NCBI GenBank assembly: GCA_965206845.1
Contig: OZ242221.1
Span: 128,001 to 192,000 of the forward strand
Direction of reading: 5' to 3'
Length of the DNA stretch: 64,000 bases
Source: Cenarchaeum sp.
Lineage (GTDB): Archaea > Thermoproteota > Nitrososphaeria > Nitrososphaerales > Nitrosopumilaceae
Below, piece by piece: positions 59,738-64,000 of this stretch (position 1 is its first letter; every line of letters starts with the position of its first letter). Both the position numbers and the translations under genes were made by a program. The notes under the pieces are model-generated. The model ran no database searches. It was not told where the DNA came from and saw only the letters and a list, made by a program, of their open reading frames with translations.

Positions 59738-60904
59738 ATGGATACCAAGAACATCGGCCTGCGCGGAATAGAGGTTGCCGACACCAGGATCTCAAACATT
59801 GACGGCAAGCAAGGCAGGCTGATCTATCGCGGGTATGACATCCTGGATCTGACCAAGAACTCCAGCTTTGAGGAGACGGCGTTTCTGCTGCTCCATGACG
59901 ACCTACCATCAAAGCTTGAGTACAGGGACTTTGTAGGCCGCCTCAATGGTGCCCGGTGGATTCCGAGGCGCATGCAGATCAACATGGGAAACTGGAGAAA
60001 GGACGCAGACCCAATGGATATGCTACAGGCATTCGTGGCAGCACTAGCAGGCTACTACGACGAGGAGTTCTCCACCAAGGAAGCAAGCTATGACCGCGCC
60101 ATCAACCTAATTGCCAAGGTGTCGACCATTGTGGCTAGCTGGCAGAGAATAAGAAACGGTCTGCCCCTAGTGGATCCGGATCCCAGTCTCAGCCATGCAG
60201 CAAACTTTCTACACATGCTCACAGGTGAAAAACCCGATGACGAGACCGCAAAGATATTTGACGTGTGCCTGATTCTTCACGCAGAGCACACGTTTAACGC
60301 ATCGACGTTTACGGCAAGGCAGGTGGCATCAACTCGGGCCCACATGTACTCAGCGGCCAGCGCAGCCATCGGCGCCCTCAGCGGCGAGCTCCATGGAGGA
60401 GCAAACTACGAGGTGATGAAGATGCTTCAGGACATCGGCACCATGGACAAGGTGGAGCCGTGGATCAACCGCAACATAGACATGGGCAAGAAGATCATGG
60501 GTATGGGCCACGCAGTATACAGGACACACGATCCCAGGGCCGTGATACTCAAGGAGATGTCCCGCAAGCTTGCATCAAAGCTGAACGAGCCGTGGTTTGA
60601 CATAACAGAGAGAGTCGAGCAGATCACTCAAAAAGAGATGGCGCACCGTAAGAACATCAGCATGTATCCCAACGTCGACTTGTACAGCGCATCAGTCTAC
60701 TACATGCTGGACATTCCCACAGATCTCAACACGCCCATATTTGCAATATCCCGGTGTGTGGGATGGGCTGCCCACATCATAGAGGAGAAGTTTGCCGAGG
60801 CGGCTCCCAAGCCGGCGCTGTACCGACCAAAGGCCACCTACGTCGGCAAGTACTGCGGGCCGGAGGGCTGCGAGTACAAGCCGCTGAACCTGCGGGCAGA
60901 CTAG
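59738..60904 (+). CDS. gltA: citrate synthase
   Basis: GLRG, LIYRGY, HAEH.FNAST, GELHGGAN, MGMGHAVY..DPRA, YPNVD.YS. Confidence 0.95.
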   Translation: MDTKNIGLRGIEVADTRISNIDGKQGRLIYRGYDILDLTKNSSFEETAFLLLHDDLPSKLEYRDFVGRLNGARWIPRRMQINMGNWRKDADPMDMLQAFVAALAGYYDEEFSTKEASYDRAINLIAKVSTIVASWQRIRNGLPLVDPDPSLSHAANFLHMLTGEKPDDETAKIFDVCLILHAEHTFNASTFTARQVASTRAHMYSAASAAIGALSGELHGGANYEVMKMLQDIGTMDKVEPWINRNIDMGKKIMGMGHAVYRTHDPRAVILKEMSRKLASKLNEPWFDITERVEQITQKEMAHRKNISMYPNVDLYSASVYYMLDIPTDLNTPIFAISRCVGWAAHIIEEKFAEAAPKPALYRPKATYVGKYCGPEGCEYKPLNLRAD

Positions 60905-61107
60905 TTTCTAAAATGATCCTGGCCCACGGACCCGGGCGTCCTGTCGGCGTTGTACAGCACGTCAAATACTGCGTCATAAAACGAGATGCCCTTCTCCCGG
61001 GCCTGGTCGTCAAGCCACCTTATCCCGTCGGCCAGTTCCCTGTCTCTCTCAGCCGACTGCACCAGCTCGTCTACTACACTCGTAAAGAAGGCGCCGGGCT
61101 TGATCAT
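60901..61107 (-). CDS. conserved small hypothetical protein
   Basis: DRELADGIRWLD..A..KGISFYD.VF.VLY; ATG at 61107. Confidence 0.7.
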   Translation of the reverse strand: MIKPGAFFTSVVDELVQSAERDRELADGIRWLDDQAREKGISFYDAVFDVLYNADRTPGSVGQDHFRN

Positions 61108-61244
61108 GGTACAATCTGTACGGGTCTGATCATAAAGATAGAATTCAAAATAAATAAACAAAGTAGGTAGTTTTTTAGAGCCACGTTGGAGTGTCGCAGT
61201 CAGAGGGTCGATTGTTATATAGACAGTCAGGCAACCACGATGCA

Positions 61245-61658
61245 TTGGAGCACAGGCTGTACTTTGACGGGGATACGGATGGAATCGCGTGGTGCCTCGA
61301 AGGCAATTCCGGGAGCTGCCAGGTCAGGAAGCATGCGGGGATATACCTTGGCAGGGTAGCAGACGAGCAGTCGCGATACATTGCTCTGCATGTGGGAATC
61401 TTCTGGTGCATAGGAACGTCCAGGATCAAGAACTCTGATGCGGTCCGTGTCATGATCACGTCTAAGACCATGTTTGATCACTTGGGGCGCGGCAGACCCC
61501 CTGCGGATCCCTTTATCGCAACCAGGACTGCGTTTATTGATCAGATGGTGCGGCAACGGGGCCTGAAGGTATCATACCATCTGACCCCATCATGCCCTGC
61601 AACTGCGCTTCTCCGGGACATCAGGCTACATTCCGACCAAGGCACGCCGGCCACATAG
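61245..61658 (+). CDS. hypothetical protein (possible degenerate RNase H-like fold)
   Basis: LYFDG...IAW...EQSRYIALHVGI; TTG start about 28 nt after TTATAT. Confidence 0.55.
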   Translation: MEHRLYFDGDTDGIAWCLEGNSGSCQVRKHAGIYLGRVADEQSRYIALHVGIFWCIGTSRIKNSDAVRVMITSKTMFDHLGRGRPPADPFIATRTAFIDQMVRQRGLKVSYHLTPSCPATALLRDIRLHSDQGTPAT

Positions 61659-61677
61659 CCCGCACAGTCCAGCCGTG

Positions 61678-62943
61678 CTACGTGAGAACTAGGCCGATAT
61701 CCATCAGGTTTGTTCCGGTGTGTCCCGTGAGGACAAGTCCGCCATGTCTTTTGAAGAACGAATGCGAGTCGCTGTTTTTGAGCAGTCCGTCCACGTACAT
61801 CACGTCGATCTCAAAGTTCTTCATGACCGCCCCCGCATACGGTGTGCTGCCGTCGATCCCGTCGGTTCCAATCGAGGCTGCAACCATCCTGCGGCCGCGG
61901 CTCCTGTCATCACGCAGTATGCGCAGCACGAGCTCCTGGTTGCGCCCCCCGGCCCCGCTTCCCTGCACGCGAACAGTCGTCTCGCCACCAAATATGATGC
62001 ACCTCCCTCTACCGGACACCATTCCGGCGATCTTGCCTGCCGCGGCAGCCACATCCCCGGACATTCTACAGATGGTAGCAGCATGCCCCAGATCCTGCGC
62101 CCTGCGGGCCATGGCTGCGAGGCAGTCCTGGTTTGACGCGATTATCTGGTTTGGGATCACGGGCGCGCTCGGCATCTCTGGAATGCCGCCTGCGGCGCCG
62201 GTCTCCAGCCTCCGGTATACCGATGACGGCACCGTACCTGCTGGATCATACCTTCGGACTATTCTGAGCGCATCGCCAAAGGTCGAGCCATCACAGTACG
62301 TGGTACCTGACGCAATGGAGGAGAGGTCGTCCCCCGGCACGTCAGACATTATCAGGGATGCGGCGCCGCACCGCATACCCGACACCAGCTGCCCCCCCTT
62401 GATTCCAGAGAGGTGCTTACGGACGCAGTTGAGCTGGTGTATCGGTGCGCCCGACTCCAGGAGCAGCCGGCTGACGAATCTCTTCTCCTCCAGTGAGATC
62501 CCGGCCGGCTGGCACAGGAGAGACGATGACCCCCCGGAGACCAGAAACACGACAAAGTCAGAACTGCTCCTGCGGGCCAGAAACCTGGCCACCTCCAAGG
62601 CCGCATCAACACTGGATTGATCCGGGACCGGGTGTGATGCCCTTACAGTACGCAGCGATCCTGCACCATCAGCCCCATGGGGGACCACTACTATTCCACC
62701 GGAGACGTCCAGTATGTCACAGGTCGCGTTTGCCATCAGTCCGGCGGCCTTGCCAAATGCCACGACCTGCACGTTGCGTCCCGCAAGGCTTACCTGCCTG
62801 CCGTCTGCACGAATCGCATCCCTCCCTACGAACCGCCGCACCGCAGAGCCTGGCAGAGCGGCGCCCAGGCCGGCTTGCAGTATCTCCAGCGCCAGACGAC
62901 AGTCCGCGTCGGCTGTCAGCTCCCCAAGGTTGCGGATCAACAC
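61678..62943 (-). CDS. glycerate 2-kinase (DUF4147/MOFRL)
   Basis: AFGKAA, ASHPVPD, SGGSSSL, RKHLS.IKGG, SDVPGD, GGETTV, GGRNQE, GTDGIDG, TGHTGTNLMD. Confidence 0.93.
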   Translation of the reverse strand: MLIRNLGELTADADCRLALEILQAGLGAALPGSAVRRFVGRDAIRADGRQVSLAGRNVQVVAFGKAAGLMANATCDILDVSGGIVVVPHGADGAGSLRTVRASHPVPDQSSVDAALEVARFLARRSSSDFVVFLVSGGSSSLLCQPAGISLEEKRFVSRLLLESGAPIHQLNCVRKHLSGIKGGQLVSGMRCGAASLIMSDVPGDDLSSIASGTTYCDGSTFGDALRIVRRYDPAGTVPSSVYRRLETGAAGGIPEMPSAPVIPNQIIASNQDCLAAMARRAQDLGHAATICRMSGDVAAAAGKIAGMVSGRGRCIIFGGETTVRVQGSGAGGRNQELVLRILRDDRSRGRRMVAASIGTDGIDGSTPYAGAVMKNFEIDVMYVDGLLKNSDSHSFFKRHGGLVLTGHTGTNLMDIGLVLT

Positions 62944-62993
62944 GGATGGTACCGACTCAAGATATAATAATGCTAGAAGATTCCAACCAACCC

Positions 62994-63938
62994 ATGCACA
63001 CGGTGCGCATTCCCAGCGTCATCAAGTTCGGCCAAGACGCGCTGGGCCAGACAAAATACCCCAAAAACGCGCTGGTCGTAACCACCGCCCAACCCAGCCT
63101 GTCAGACAAGTGGCTTGGGAAGATGGGAATCAAAGACTACATGCTCTTTGACACGGTCACGCCGGAACCGTCCATCGACGACGTAAACGCCGTAATCTCC
63201 GAGTACAGCTCAAAGAACCCTTCGGTTATCATCGGGCTGGGAGGAGGAAGTTCCATGGATGTAGTAAAGTACGCCGCACCAGAGATGGGCAAGAAGAAGA
63301 TTCTCATTCCAACCACCTTTGGCACCGGTGCCGAGATGACCACCTACTGTGTGCTCAAGTTTGACGGAAAGAAGAAGCTGCTCCGCGAGGACAGGTTTCT
63401 GGCCGACATGGCAGTAGTGGACTCGTACTTTATGAACGGAACACCGCAGCAGATCATCAGCAACTCCGTATGCGATGCCTGCGCCCAGGCCACCGAAGGG
63501 TACGACAGCGGGCTTGGCAACGACTTTACAAGAACCCTCTGCGAGAAGGCCTTTGGCATACTGTACGACGCAATCATGAACGACCACACCGAGAACTATC
63601 CCTACGGCTCGATGCTGTCAGGCATGGGATTTGGAAACTGCTCCACCACACTGGGACACGCGCTCTCCTACGTGTTCTCAAACGAGGGGGTTCCCCACGG
63701 GTACTCACTGTCCTCATGCACCACGGTGGCGCACAAATTCAACAAGTCAAAGTTCTACGACCGCTTCAAGGAGATCACAGAGAAGCTGGGCTTTGAGAGG
63801 CTCAAGCTTGCAGCAGACGTCTCTGAGGCAGCAAGCGTAGTGATGACTGATCGCGGCCACCTTGATCCAAACCCCCTGCCGGTAACAAAGCAGGACGTGA
63901 TCAAGTGCCTTGAGGACATCAAGGCAGGAAACCTATAG
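62994..63938 (+). CDS. iron-containing alcohol dehydrogenase family protein
   Basis: GLGGGSSMD..K, IPTTFGTGAE.T, GHALS, PHG. Confidence 0.9.
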   Translation: MHTVRIPSVIKFGQDALGQTKYPKNALVVTTAQPSLSDKWLGKMGIKDYMLFDTVTPEPSIDDVNAVISEYSSKNPSVIIGLGGGSSMDVVKYAAPEMGKKKILIPTTFGTGAEMTTYCVLKFDGKKKLLREDRFLADMAVVDSYFMNGTPQQIISNSVCDACAQATEGYDSGLGNDFTRTLCEKAFGILYDAIMNDHTENYPYGSMLSGMGFGNCSTTLGHALSYVFSNEGVPHGYSLSSCTTVAHKFNKSKFYDRFKEITEKLGFERLKLAADVSEAASVVMTDRGHLDPNPLPVTKQDVIKCLEDIKAGNL

Positions 63939-64000
63939 GACGGCACTCGCGCCGGCCTTGTCGCATATCTAGTAGCTTTCAGAAGGAGGAACTCCATAAT

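Noticed and set aside
62493-62993. N-terminal extension of the Fe-ADH ORF
   Set aside because: Overlaps glycerate kinase on the opposite strand; TATAAT about 28 nt before ATG 62994 supports the shorter start.

Overview
Archaeal chromosomal window. Gene content and order point to Nitrososphaerota (Thaumarchaeota), Nitrosopumilaceae-like. The GC-rich coding sequence, IS load and giant repeat surface proteins suggest a host-associated lineage such as a sponge symbiont (inference). Core content: futalosine-pathway menaquinone genes (MqnE-like, MqnD, UbiA-type prenyltransferase), EF-2, ilvA, purE, purC, a ribosomal protein cluster (L3 to L6, with RNase P Rpp29 and an S14 missed by the ORF track), tRNA-Asn(GTT), a his operon, citrate synthase, glycerate kinase and an Fe-ADH. 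Accessory content: three complete IS elements with readable TIRs and target duplications (two IS5-like, one IS481), a Fic protein, two giant beta-propeller repeat proteins and a collagen-like protein. The most unusual element is 1358-3200: a transposase-less unit whose only gene is a TnpB-family RNA-guided nuclease. That gene has an intact RuvC D-E-D triad, one in-frame TGA and no terminal stop inside the element. The unit is bounded by long terminal inverted repeats and an 8-bp target duplication, which is a DDE/IS1595-like architecture rather than IS200/IS605 or IS607. Also notable: a five-copy palindromic repeat family (two copies arranged like a one-spacer CRISPR mini-array), a phased 20-bp tandem array, and several microproteins missed by the ORF track. 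All calls come from reading the sequence; no searches were run.
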